Positions 24,901 to 38,149 of a stretch of 64,000 bases of DNA are shown one piece after another. The stretch lies in assembly GCA_038087875.1 (NCBI GenBank), contig CM075978.1, forward strand, positions 175,088,001-175,152,000, read 5' to 3'. The notes beneath the pieces were generated by a model. The model was not told the origin of the DNA, made no database searches, and saw only the letters and a list, made by a program, of their open reading frames with translations. Made by a program: the position numbers and the translations under genes. This DNA is from Malacoraja senta (lineage: Eukaryota). Position 1 is the first letter of the stretch; every line of letters begins with the position of its first letter.

Positions 24901-27900
24901 CCAACCACTGGACGAAATAATTGCCGTAAATTGCCCTAAGATTCGGCGCAGCAACGTTGCGGTTGGATTACGTGCATTCTGGCTCAAAATGCTTTCCTAG
25001 ACACAATTTGTCTTTCATACTAAAATTTTCAGAACTAATATTACTCTACATGAAATCTCCAACTACTAAAACAGTATTAATCTTAAATCATTCGGATTTG
25101 CCTACATCAATGGGCAAACACCCGATAATAATAGGGCTGATAAATTTGCAGTTTTTCATCAAAGTGATCGTTAGAGCATATAACTTAACAGCACAGGGAC
25201 GAGCCCATCGGGCCACAATATTTGTGCTAAAAATGCCAAGTCAAGCCGAACGCATCTTCCTGTACATGATCCAACTTCCTCTATTGCCGTACTTCCAGTT
25301 ATCTTCACCACCATCACTGGCAAAGCACTCCATGTCCCTACTACTCCCGGGGATTGAGAAATGTTACGATCCCCCTTTTCCACTATATCTTTAGCCAAGT
25401 ATTCCACAGATCTATCCTCCTATTCCTATCTTCATTCGCAAGTGCTCCTGGAACAAATCTGGATTTAACAACTTCAGGGGTCCTGCTCCTTAAACTTTGA
25501 TTATCCAAAGCCAGTGCACAACCACGCTTTCCGATTGTGCTACTACTTTGGCCATAGCGTACCAAACGCCTTTTTTCCAAAGCGATCAATATTGGTCACA
25601 TTATGAACTCAGTAAACAAGCTATCCATACCGTCGTCAACATCGGAGATGCTACACAGCGAATCCATCCTAAATACCAGATGCGCAAGAACGTCAGTCTG
25701 GATCTGAAGTTTAATGCATTTCCTGAAGAAATGGCCGCGAGCGACATTAAACTTGTTGCTGATCTCCGACAAAACGCAGGATAATCATTGCACTGGCCCA
25801 TCTTTCCTGATAGGTATTATACTTAAATTGACTTAATACTCTAAATGGATTAACCAAGTCGGTTAAGGGCTTTATCTGCTCCAACTACAACTTAGTACAA
25901 TCTGAAATCTTAGTACAATTTTAACAATATAATTAAGAGAGCATGGTAGAAATACCATACTTTTGCAACTTAGCAATCATCCTCTCCTTCAAAGCCAGTT
26001 CGCTTCCCCAAACACGACGATCTGAATCCGCTACAATCGAACATTCTAATGTTTTCTTCGTAACCTGTTTGGAATCCGGAACATGATACTGGAGTATCCA
26101 GTGTCCAGTCAATGGTGTAGGAAGAGTGAGGTGCGCCACTTGGCAAGTATAGACCGATCCGCCCTGGAGTGTCCTTGTTTCCTTTAAATGACTGGAAACT
26201 TCATATAATCCATTCATAGTCAGTTTTACTGTTGTATCTATGTCCTCGAAAATCTCAATACCATTTCGGTACCAAGTAAGATTTAATGACTCCGGGTAAA
26301 ATTCATCCGTTTTACACAAGAGATTCAATGTGGTTGAGTTTTCATCAGGCAGTTTTGAGATTCTGAGCTGAGCTGGCGGAACTGCAAATGTAAAGCAGAA
26401 AATGTATTTGGGATCCGGAACACAACTACACGAGCATAACTATGTTTTACAATACTGGTCGACGACCTCATAATTGCACGGTTATGGAAACGTTCAGTCG
26501 ATTAGCACAACTTCGGCCGGTTTTTCGGATATCAACAAAATAAATCGTGCTCAGCCGTGCAATCTGATTCTATACACATCCTCGACAGCAAGCATCCGAG
26601 GAGAATGAAAACTTATTTAGCGTTTCCAATCGTTGCCCACTGTTTCGAATAGTGTGAATTGCTACCTCTGTTTAATTTTTTAATAGCAATTGGTCAGTTT
26701 ATCTTTAACTAATTCGCAACTTTTACAGATGTGCTCTGTTTTCAAACCTCCGAATGAGCGCCCTATATTCTTTAGTATTCTTAAAGTAAGAACTCCAAAT
26801 TAATTGGTAAATTAAAAAAAAACCATAGGAATATCAGGTGTAGCCTTTTATGTTTACTGCGGGAGAGGAGGAGACGTTTGATACCGCTCCGGCAATTTGA
26901 AACCGCGTTGGATATAAAAAAAGATCCAGCTAGAGCAGAAGGCCGGCAGGGCGGGTCCATGATGAGGGGGAATGTTGGAGACGGGAGAAGTGACCGGAAC
27001 AGGGTGACGGTTGATGCCGCACCGGCAGTTGTAAATAAAATGGTCCAAAGAAATGCTTCCCAACTGTGTCGGTCTATTACACCTAAAGCTCCCCCCCCCT
27101 CCTCTCTTCCAACTCTCTACTCCCACCCCGTCCGTCGCTTCAATTTGAAGCAGGGTCCCAACCAAAAACGTCGCCTATTCATGGTCTGCTGAGTTGCGGC
27201 TTCACCCGCTGAGCTACTCCAGCAATATTTCTTCCTTTGTGTATTTGGAATTTCATTGAATATTTGGTGAAGAAAAAGGTTTACGATACATCTGTGTTAA
27301 AATAACACCAGCGCGTAATTCTGAATGATTTAAAGAAGATCAATATAAATTACAAGCAGATATTAGACCGCATTAATCGTCCTCGGGAAATACTAGTCAA
27401 GATAGTAACTGTGTTGGAATCTATGTTTCAGTGAATTTGGAGCAACATCCTCATACTAACAACCGAAAATCAATCAATTAGACAGTTGTCCTGGGATCTT
27501 AAGACACAATATTACATATAACATGGGTACTTCCAATGGAAAACCTGGCCACATTGCTTTCCCGAAGTATAGAATTGAACAGTAATAGAATAACATCTCC
27601 ATCTTGCAGCACATTTGCTTTTACTGTTACACATACCGAAGACTTTAATTCTGGAGCCAGATCCATTCACAATCTCGCTTCCCTGGATTCCCACTCCGCA
27701 GTAATAGACTCCAGCATCATCTGCATGGATATTCAATATATGCAAGGAAGCTCCACCTTGTTTAGAACGAAGAAATATCTTCCTACTGTCAGAAGCTGTT
27801 TGCAGAAAGTTCTGTTCGCCAAATTTCCACCAATAAAATTCCACAGGTTGACTATTGTGCGATAGTCCAATAATGCAATAGAGAGTGATATTTGAATGTA

Positions 27901-28180
27901 AGATCGCGTGTTTGATCGTCGGAGATTGATCGACTTGGTAGTGAGCATCAACGGCAACTGTAGCAGAAGAAAATCAAAAATTATCCCATAACAGACGAGG
28001 ACAGACACAATTAATCGCACTTTTAAAAGATGCATGAAAATGGATGTGCGTTCGATATACGGGTGCAGATCACAGAGGGTGTAGGTCAGTAAGAAGATGA
28101 AAACAAAAGAAAAATCGAAAAATACCTGCGTTTATAAACAAGAGCGACGATAATAACAGAACCACATCCCGAAAAAGCAT
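21855..28180 (-). CDS. Gene B: inverted copy of gene A; exons 28180-28126, 27957-27637, 26381-26065, 21953-21855; terminal exon expected inside the gap; 1-bp deletion at the C1 donor
   Basis: L, V and TM exons are intact with the same splice sites as A. The C1 exon is 317 nt instead of 318 (aaacag|GTTACG vs aaaacag|GTAACG). It could be a frameshifted, secreted or alternatively spliced copy, or a sequencing error. Confidence 0.75.
26065..26381 (-). CDS. Gene B C1-set exon
   Basis: [21 protein letters not shown]...YTCQVAH. Confidence 0.88.
27637..27957 (-). CDS. Gene B V-set exon with GxG J motif (NGSGSRIKV)
   Basis: Open 321-nt exon with 6 substitutions relative to A. Confidence 0.92.
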
Positions 28181-28874
28181 ACTGAACTATAAAAATCATA
28201 CGTCCTACGTATTGGAAGCCTGAAATGCACTCAGTAATTGCTGAACTCTACATGTAAGTAAAGTATGATCTTGGTAAAGAGAAATAGAGTTAACTTTTCT
28301 GTTCGAAAGACTTGGTCAAATGGAACATGTTGCACAAGGCATTACCATATCTCTGCTGTGAAAAAAAGGGTACAGGGTCTGACGTGGACTGAAGGAAATC
28401 ACGTCCGATACGAAATGACACAATTGCAGCTGTTCAGAAATGAGCTTCTGTAAAATTCTGGAATCACCCTGTCGGAAGTGCATGGCATGTTCCACGATTC
28501 AAACACATATTTGCCATCCATCCAGACGAATCTTGTCTTTGCTGAGTTTACCAATGATCTTCATGCTAATGGCTGCAGTTTTATGTCAGAACAGAAAGTT
28601 AAAAGTCTTCCACATATGTAGAAACTAAAAGGAGTCGGACATCCGAAAATACTAGTAACCAGATAGAAAATGAGGTAAATGCGAAAATGAAAGCTTTAAA
28701 TATTTCTATCGGCCATTAATTGTTTGGAATGTGCCACCAACGTCCCAATACGTATTTAATATATAAATTATATCACTCTTGGGACCAACTGCACCAACGC
28801 TTCTCCAATGTACTATGTCCCATTCTTGACATATTCGTGGTAAAATTAAAATTCAAACCATGGATGCTGTCTGT

Positions 28875-29365
28875 GTATAAGAAGGAACTGCAGATGCTGG
28901 TCTGCACCGAAGATAGACACAAAATGCTGGAGTAACTCAGCGGGTCAAGCAGCATTTCAGGATAGAAGGAATGTGTGACGGTTCTGGTTGAGACCCTTCT
29001 TCAGACCTGTGTGACGTTTGCACACATTCCCTGTGCGTGGGTTTCCTCCGGGTGCTCTGGTTTTCTACCACACCCACAAATGTACAGGTTTGTAGGTTAA
29101 TTGGCCTTTGAACTGTGAGTAGAATCGGCACGTTGATGAAAATTCTCTCAAACGTCTACAGTTATGCTATAGAAGGTATTCTGACAGGAGTCTCAGCCTG
29201 GTAGGGCAACTGCTCTGCTTTTGACTGACTGACCAGCAGTCTGAAGAAGGGTCTCGATCCGAAAAGTCACATATTCCTGTTCACCAGAGATGCTGTCTGA
29301 CCCGCTGAGTTACTCCACATTTTTTGTCTATCTTCAGTTTAAACCAGCATCTGCAGTTCCTTCCT
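28875..29365. mobile_element. Fold-back pair of Penelope terminal repeats with an internal SINE fragment
   Basis: aaggaactgcagatgctgg...acccttcttcagac on the left and agtctgaagaagggtctcg...ccagcatctgcagttcctt on the right, in inverted orientation. Confidence 0.7.
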
Positions 29366-30309
29366 ATATAGAGAATGATGAACACAGCTCAGTCCATCAG
29401 AGTCTCTTCACTTCCTCCCTCCATCCAGTCCATGTAACAGTGCGTTGCATCAGGAAGTCTGGAAGTATTGTTAAGGATGCCTGCAACCCTGGCAAATCCC
29501 TTTTTTCTGTTCTATCTTCCGGAAAAGGTATGGGGATTTAAAAGCCTGGCTTAAGAACAGCTTCTTCCCCACTGTTGTCAGACTCCTGGACCAATCATCT
29601 CTTTCACACCCCATGCATGGAGCTGCCACCATGTACAGCTAACTCCTAAGATAGACACAAAAGCTGGAGTAACTCAGCGGGACAAGCAGCATCTCTGGAT
29701 AGAAGGAATGTATGACGTTTCGGGTCGAGACCTGCTTCAAACTGAAGAAGCTGAGTTATTACAGCTTTTTGTGTCTATATGTGGTTTAAAACAGCATATG
29801 CAGTTCCTTCCTATACTGTTTGAACTGTTAGCAAAAAAAAACCCCGAAACATATAGATGGTTATAGTCGTATCAGATAATCGCTGAATCGTACCACAGTG
29901 CAACAAGCCTTGGTGTAGCTGTGCCAGCAGCTATGTCATGTCTTCGTAAACCCAGTTGCCTGCAAATCCCATGTCGCTTTCTATTTTTCCTTTCTGTATA
30001 CCTGTCGAAATGTCTTCTGGATGTTGTAATTGTATTTGCCTCTTTCCATCATGTTTGAAAGAAACGTGCTTCTCTCCCATCCATTACATATTAAATGTCC
30101 CTATGTTTTGTAATTATCATCCAGTGACTGCCTTATGGTCGTCTACGAATACCATATTCTCAAATATGCCCCATCATTTTAATCTTAAACACAAGTGCAT
30201 CGGCCGTTTCTTCGTTGTTGCTAAAACTGCATCACATGTCCCTTTTTGATGTAACATCTGGCACTTGCTATTCAGAAGGGTGCCGTGATATTTGCTAAAC
30301 TCTCCTCGA

Positions 30310-31200
30310 TTACAATACAATACAATACAATACAATATTTTTTAAATCTCATTTGAATCTCAGTGAGGCTCAAACGAAACTCTGTTTCTACAGCCATACA
30401 AACAAAATAATTCCTACAAGACACACAAACAATTCAATTCACACAAACATCCATCACAGTGAATCTCCTCCTCACTGTGATGGAAGGCAAAGTATTTTCT
30501 CTTCCTGTGCACCATTTTCTCCCGATGTTGAAGCCCAGGCGGGCAATGGTAAGTCCCACGGCCATTAAGGCCAGGCCGGGCGATCAACGGCCCCGCTCCA
30601 GGTCTAAATGTCGGAAAGTTGGAGCCCCTGGCGGGCGTTGGAATGTCCCGCGGTCATTAAAGTCGCGCCGGCGATGTACGGCCCCACTCCGGGTCGTTCC
30701 AACCCCGCGACACGGGCTGGAGAAGTTGCGTTGCGGGAGCTCCGAAAAGCGGTCTCCCACCCGGACCCGCGAGATCCCGATATCACAGTCCACCGGACCT
30801 GCGGCTGGAACCTCCGAGCTCCGGAGTCGGGCCGCAGCAGCGAGCCACCACCGCTCCCCACGCTCTGAGGGCGGCCAGCCCCACGATGGTAAGTCCGCAG
30901 CTCCGCAGGCTCCGCGACTGGAGCCCCCAGGTCGTTTCGGTTGGAGGCCGCTCCACGGTGCTAGGCCCAACGACAACAGAGACCCGACAGGGAAAAGGTC
31001 GGGTCTCCCGTGCAGGGAAGAGATTTTAAACGTTTCCCCCCCCCCCCACACCCCGCCCCCCACATATACACAGTTAAAAACAGTAATAAAAAAACACAAC
31101 AACTACATTTAACTAGACAAAAAAATACAAAAAAGACAGACAGGCTGCAGGGTCCGCTGCAACGTGAGTCGCGCCGCCAACCGGAACCGATTCTATACCT
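30310..31200 (-). mobile_element. GC-rich non-autonomous retroposon with (TACAA)n tail
   Basis: (TACAA)n at about 30311-30335, tail region shared with 54310-54490 and 56540-56710, CpG-rich body and no recognisable protein. Confidence 0.6.
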
Positions 31201-31918
31201 GGTCACGCCGACGTACAGGAGGAACATCGGATACAGTGGACGAGGTTAGAGGACGTGCACGTCGCACTTTACTCTAGCACAATGTGTCTTTTTATTTATT
31301 TTGCTTCGAGCCATGGCCGATTAGGCGGAAACGGAACCCTTTAACGTTTTACGGCCCACGCCTTTCATTTGACTAGAAAAGAGTATTTCTATCGATGGCG
31401 GATAAGCTGGAGGACTTGTAGATAGCTCTGAGACGTTTCCAGTATGCTATGGCATATCAACAGAGAATGAAAAGAGAGACACTGTGATGCGAGGCAGATT
31501 GGGCACTTATGGTACACGCGAAAATAAAGTCTCAATTACCTAAGTTGACGATGTCTGCATAATGCCTAGATGACTGAGCGTTCTTATAGCAGTTTCATTC
31601 GGATTTGGATGCGTAAACAGAATAGTCAATGGGACAGGGAGAACGAATTAAAGTGGCACGCAACCCGATGCTTAGGGTCTCTCTGAAAAGTCATCAAACA
31701 ATCTAGTTTCTGTTCTCCAATGCAGAGTAGAACGATTTGTGAACCAAATTTCAACGTGAAACCGGAGGAAGTACAAATAAATCGCTGCTTAACATGGATA
31801 AAAAGTCTCAGTCTCTGCATGTTGGGAAAAATAATTGTTCCTCCTATGGTGATATGCAAAAATGCTATTTTTGAATAAAACGAATCTATTCAAGTGAACG
31901 TGATTGAGCAGACCTTTG

Positions 31919-32088
31919 ATTCACGAAGAAGGTAATTATTTTAAAACACTGAAACGTAGAGGAATACATCACTGATTTACGAGCATGTTGCCAGGACGTT
32001 GGATTCACGAAGAAGGTAATAATTTCAAAACACGGAAACGTAGAGGGATATTGTATATCTCTGATTTACGAGGATGTTGCCAGGACCA
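31919..32088 (+). repeat. About 85-bp imperfect tandem duplication at the 5' edge of a CR1 fragment
   Basis: gattcacgaagaaggtaat...aaacgtagagg...ctgatttacgag.atgttgccaggac occurs twice. Confidence 0.75.
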
Positions 32089-33240
32089 GAGGGTGTGGGC
32101 TCTAGGGAGAGGTTGAGTAGCCTGGTTCTTCATTCCATGGAGCGCAGGAGGATGAGGGGAGATCTTATAGAGGTATACAAAATCATGAGATGAAAAGATC
32201 GGGTAGATGCACAGAGTCTTATGCACAGAGTAAGGGAATCGAGGACCAGACGACGTAGGTTCAAGTTGAAGGGGAAATATGTAATAGGAATCCGAGGGGT
32301 AACATTTTCACACAATCATTTTTCCCAACATGCAGAGACTGAGATATGTTTTCCATGTTAAGCAGCGATTTAGTTGTACTTCTCCGGTTTGACGTTGAAA
32401 GGGTGGTGAAAGGGAACAAGCTGCCAGAGGTGGTAGTTGCGGCTGGGACTATCCCATCGTTTAAGAAACAGTTAGACATGTACATGGATAGGAGAGGTTT
32501 GGAGGGATATGGACCAAGTGCAGGCAAGTGGGACTAGTGCAGCTGGGACATTGTTGGCCGGTGTGGGCGAGTTCGAACGAAGGGCCTATTTCCACACTAT
32601 CACTTTATGATTATGGTAGGGGGATCTTATTAGCGCTTCTATTAATTACTTTGCGTGACCCTTTGGATGTGGAGGCTGGTGTGGTGGAAAGTAGATGAGA
32701 TTCATGCAAGGGTTCCACCTACTCTTGTGGGGGGAAAGCCATAGGACAGAAAGGATGAGAACCATTCAGATATACCTGTGCGAATCATTCCATTGTCAAC
32801 CAATGCGTCATACTGTAGATTGGGAACTGATGGCATGGAATAGATGCACTGCAAGAGACGGAATAAGAATATCTAGACTCATGACACCTGAGGTGAAATC
32901 ATGAGATAAATAGATAGGGTGAATGCACAGAATATTTTTCACGGCATTGGGCAATCAAGAACTAGATTATATGGTTTTGTGTTGAGAGGGGAAATCTTTA
33001 ATAAGAACCCAAATCGGAACTTTTTCACAGAGGGTGGTAGGCATATGTAACGAGCTGTCAGATTAGGTAATTGAGGCAAGTACTCCAACAACATTTTTTA
33101 GACACTTGGCTTGGCCAGGCGCATGGATCGAATGGTTCTGAGGTATATTGGTCAACCGCGGGAAAATGGGGCCAGTTTACATGGGGCATATAGGTGGTAT
33201 GGACGGGTTGGCCAAAAAGCCCCTTTCCCTAATTTGTGAC
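32060..33240 (+). mobile_element. Several stacked CR1 3' fragments
   Basis: GDLIEVYKIM-like segments and ttttcacagagggtggt...ggatatgg 3' ends. Confidence 0.7.
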
Positions 33241-34865
33241 TCCATATCTCCATGAATATATAACTTTGGGAGTTTCATATTCTGCATGGATTTTGCTCCC
33301 TGCTTTATCCACTGATGTAGACACAGAGCAAACTAAAAGCGTAATGAAGAATCATAGATCATCCACGTGAAGATTAGAGCACGATGGAACGAAGCCAAAA
33401 ACTGACGAAACTGCATTTCTCTACGGATGCAGCTATACGCACTAATGCAACTGTCGATGTAGACAATAGACAATAGGTGCAGGAATAGGCCATTCGGCCC
33501 TTCGAGCTAGCACCGCCATTCAATGTGATCATGGCTGATCATCCCCAATCAGTGCCGACATTCAAGCGCTGAGGATGCCAGTTGGAATGCAATAAGGACT
33601 TTCTCATGCTTCCTACAGAAGGCAAGCATAGATTTGGCCCAAGTCATTTGTAGTAGTTTCTCGGAAGAAGGAAGAAAATTGCAAGGAAGTTAATTACAGG
33701 GCGGCCCAGTGGTTTAGCTGGTAGAGCTACTATCATTCAGGGCTAGAGACCCGGGATCAATTCTGCCCTCGTTTACTGTCTGTGTGGAGTTTGCACATTC
33801 TCCATGTGATAACACAGGTTCCTACCGAGTGCTACTGTTTCTCCCCACATCTCAAAGACTCGTATGCTTGTTGGTAAATGTATATTTGAATTCCCCCCGA
33901 GTGGGTAAATCCGAATGTGGGATAATATAGAACTAGTGTGAATCAATGCTCGGCATGGCCTCGGTGGGCGAAGGGCCAGTTTCCATTCTGTATTTTGCAA
34001 TCTAATCAAACCTATGTGGATAGATTCATCATGGGAGAAAATGCGACCGTTTGAGGTGGGATCCATTGAATGATGCCTCGGGATGGAATCCCATATCAGA
34101 GCGGCAAATAAGTTTATGGTTTCCTGCAAAGCCGAAACGAATATTTATCCTCACTGTATTTACCGGTTTACATGGCTGTTGTCATCTTAAATCTCAAACC
34201 AGAAATTATATGTTCAGTCCTATTCTCACACTTTATTTGGGAGATAACAGACCGACAATCCCCCCATCTTATTCCACACTTTCTGATCGACATCAATGCT
34301 CGGCATGGCCTCGGTGGGATGAAGGGCCAGTTTCCATTCTAAAAGTCCACTACATCAACTGTTTTGTTTTTATCTGCCGTGCCTTTAAAAATGCGAATAA
34401 ACCTCAATGGTGACCTTGCTTTTGTACATCGACATAGAGTCACACAGTCTAGCAGCACCAAGAAAGTCCCCTGGGCACAACTAGAACACTTGAACACTGT
34501 GTGTAGCACAAGGTCAGACCCTGCTGCCTACGATGTCTGCACCGAACATGATGAGCAGTGCAATTGCTATCTACCTACATATACTGTAATACATACAATT
34601 CCTTTCCCTGCACACCCACACACATAGGCAAATTCTCTTTTATAGGCTGAAGAGAAAACTGAAGGGGACTAGCCCCCAAACCAGCATAAGCTAAAGATGG
34701 CTGCAATACAGGTCTGGCATAGCATCACCAGAGAAGACACCCTGCATGAATCGCAGACTTCAAGCAGTCATTGCATACAAAGGGTATGCAAGAAAATACT
34801 AAACATGACTACTTTCATTTACATGACATTGCTGTGTCTCAAACATTATGGTGCCCTGAAAGATC

Positions 34866-36585
34866 AAGTTCAAGTTCAAGTTCAAGTGAGTTTATTGTCA
34901 TGTGTACCTGATAGGACAATGAAATTCTTGCTTTGCTTCAGCACAACAGAACATAGTAGGCATTGACGACAAAACAGATCAGTGTGTCCATATACCATTA
35001 TATAAATATATACACACATGAATAAATAAACTGATAAAGTGCAAATAACAGATAATGGGTTATTAATGTTCAGAGTTTTGTCCGAGCCAGGTTTAATAGC
35101 CTGATGGCTGTGGGGAAGTAGCTATTCCTGAACCTGGTCGTTGCAGTCTTCAGGCTCCTGTACCTTCTACCTGAAGGTAGCAGGGAGATGAGTGTGTGGC
35201 CAGGATGGTGTGGGTCTTTGATGATACTGAAAGTCTTTTTGAGGCAGCGACTGCGATAAATCCCCTCGATTGAAGGAAGGTCAGAGCCGATGATGGACTG
35301 GGCAGTGTTTACTACTTTTTGTAGTCTTTTCCTCTCCAGGGCGCTCAAGTTGCCGAACCAAGCCACGATGCAACCGGTCAGCATGCTCTCTACTGTGCAC
35401 CTGTAGAAGTTAGAGAGAGTCCTCCTTGACAAACCGACTCTCCGTAATCTTCTCAGGAAGTAGGGGCGCTGATGTGCTTTCTTGATAATTGCGTCAGTGT
35501 TCTCGGACCAGGAGAGATCTTCAGAGATGTGCACGTCCAGGAATTTGAAGCTCTTGATCCTTTCAACCATCGACCCGTTGATATAAACGGGACTGTGGGT
35601 CCCCATCCTACTCCTTCCAAAGTCCACAATCAGTTCCTTGGTTTGGTTGGTGTTGAGGGCCAGGTTATTGTGCTGCCACCATATGGACAGTTGCTCGATC
35701 TCTCTTCTATATTCTGACTCATCTCCATCAGAGATATGTCCCACAACAGTGGTGTCGTCAGCGAACTTGATGATGGAGTTCGCACTATGACCGGCTACGC
35801 AGTCATGAGTATAGAGTGAGTACAGCAGGGGGCTGAGCACGCAGCCTTGAGGTGCTCCCGTTCTGATTGTTATCGAGTCTGACACATTTCCACCAATACA
35901 AACAGACTGTGGTTTGTGAATGTGGAAGTCGAGGATTAAATTGCTGAGGGATGCGCAGAGACCCAGTTCTGCGAGTTTGGTAACCAGCTTGGAGGGGATG
36001 ATAGTATTAAATGCCGTGCTGTAATCAATGAATAACAGCCTGACATATGAGTTTTTGTTGTCCAAGTGGTCCAGAGCGGAGTGGAGGGCCAGCAAGATCG
36101 CATCCACCGTTGATCTGTTGTGGCGGTAAGCGAACTGCAGTGGGTCCAGGTTTTTGTCGAGGTAGGAGTTGATTTGCGCCATGATCAACCTCTCAAAGCA
36201 CTTCATCACCACAGGCGTTACTGCCACAGGTCGATAGTCGTTGAGGCACCTCACCTTACTCTTCTTGGGCACTGGTATAATTGATGCCCTTTTGAAGCAG
36301 ATGGGAACCTCAGACCTCAGAAGTGAGAGGTTAAAATGTCCGTAAAAACTCCAGCCAGTTGGTCCGCACAGGTTTTTAGAACACCAGGTATACTATCAGG
36401 TCCAGGCGCGTTTCGAGGGTTCACCCCTTTGAAGGATTTCCTGACGTCGGCCTCTGTCACTGAGACTGAAATACCATCACAGCGAATGGGGGCTCGGGAA
36501 GGTACATCGGTGTTCTCTCTATCAAAGCGTGCGTAAAACGCATTGAGCTCATCAGGGAGTAATGCCTCGCCGACATTCGAGCTGT
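34866..36585 (-). mobile_element. Rex1/Babar-clade LINE, 5'-truncated, 400-codon open RT frame (35070-36272)
   Basis: [73 protein letters not shown]. (AAGTTC)n tail at 34866-34887. Confidence 0.9.
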
Positions 36586-36589
36586 GAAA

Positions 36590-36787
36590 AGAGGTGACTA
36601 TGCATAAACACTGCAGTCATTTCTACACGGTGAAACAAAAAAGTATTAAAATACCCTATAATAACATCTGCTGATGTGCAATTTAACCACATGCGATTTT
36701 TTCAATCACAATTCTCAAATTGTGGAGTACAGAGGCAAATAAATAAATGATGGGTCAGTGTCCCAAACATTGTGGAGAGCACGGTAA
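36590..36787. mobile_element. Possible Tc1/mariner terminal inverted repeat remnant
   Basis: ctcaaattgtggagtacagaggcaaataaataaatgatgggtc..gtcccaaacattgtggagagcacggta resembles a Tc1 end. Recognised from memory; no partner end was found. Confidence 0.4.
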
Positions 36788-36949
36788 TCCATACAATTCC
36801 TTTCCCTGCACACCCATATACTAAGGCAAAGTCTCGAAAATGCCACTATCGTACCTGTCTGGATCGCTACCCAGGCCTCTTTATTACTCAGTCCTTTGAT
36901 TCCTGGCAGAAATCTCTGCACTCTCTCTCTCTAGTTTAATTTTATCTTT

Positions 36950-38130
36950 TCTATGGCAGGGTGACCAGAAATTAACATTTCACGCCTGGCATGAACAAGT
37001 GAAACATAACTTCCCGACTTCTATTTGCAATGTCCTTTCAATAGAAGGCCATCGTGCAAACACCTTCCTTCCACCCTAACAACCCGAGACGCACTTTACA
37101 GTGAAAGAGGTGCTCGACTTCCGAGTACCTCTGTTGCAAAATACTCCCAAGGTCCCTACGTTAAATCTTTAAAGGTCTTACACTATATTGACATCCCAAA
37201 GTGCAACACTTTGCACAGCTGAAATAAACTCCATTACATATTCCTTGGTCCACATGCTCAGCTGACCAAAATCCTGCTCTCATCCTGATAATCTTCTTCA
37301 CAGCTAAGATGCCACGTCATTTCGTGACATCTGCAAAATTACTAACAATGCCATATACATTTTTTTATCAAAACGATGATGTGGATAACAAATGCAAATA
37401 TGACCAGCTCCGACTCTTTAGCTACCCCTCTTGACTGCAACAGGCCTCAAGTCCGAGAAACATTCTTCCACGATAAGTCCTTGCTATATTCCCATGGGCG
37501 TATTGCCTATCTAATTAGTTATTTCTCCCTGAATCCCATGCAATCTAACTTTGCAGAGTGATCTACCATGCAGATCCTTGTCAATGGCCTTGCTGAAGTC
37601 CAAGTAGACCTTCTCTCGTCTACCTTTTTCGTTAATTAATCACCAAACTCAACCAGGTTCGTGAGACACATACTCCCATGCATAAGTTATGTTAAGTATC
37701 CAGAATGCATGCCTACATTTACAAATGCTGTAAATCGTATTCCGCAAAACGATCTCCCAGAACACCAAGCTTACTGGTCTATAGTTCCCAAGTTTTTATT
37801 GTCTAGCTTACTGGTCTATAATTCCCACATTTTCTTTCTGCAGCCCTTCTCAAATAAAGGCCGAACATTAACCACACCCCAGAGGAGAAACATTCATTGA
37901 GCACCTTGCCCATCTCATGCAGCTCCAAGCATAGACATACAATTTGTTATTTGAAGGGGCATATGTTCTCCTTAATCAGCCTACTTAATATACTTAAACA
38001 ATATTTTTGGAGTTTCCTAAATCTTCTCTACAAAAGTTGTTTCATGCCCACTTCATGCCTTCCCGATTTCCTTCTTAATTATTCTCAAACTCTCCGTTTA
38101 CTCCTCCTGAGTCCGGTCAAGAAAAGTCTA
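36950..38130 (-). mobile_element. Old CR1 ORF2 remnant
   Basis: Degenerate reverse-strand RT-like text (gtccaagtagaccttctctcgtctacc; aaccaggttcgtgagaca). Confidence 0.6.
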
Positions 38131-38149
38131 AGGGACATCGGAGGTAGTA

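Larger units (their letters stand above)
21510..28501. repeat. Right arm of the inverted duplication
   Basis: Reverse complement of 1-6997. Confidence 0.97.
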
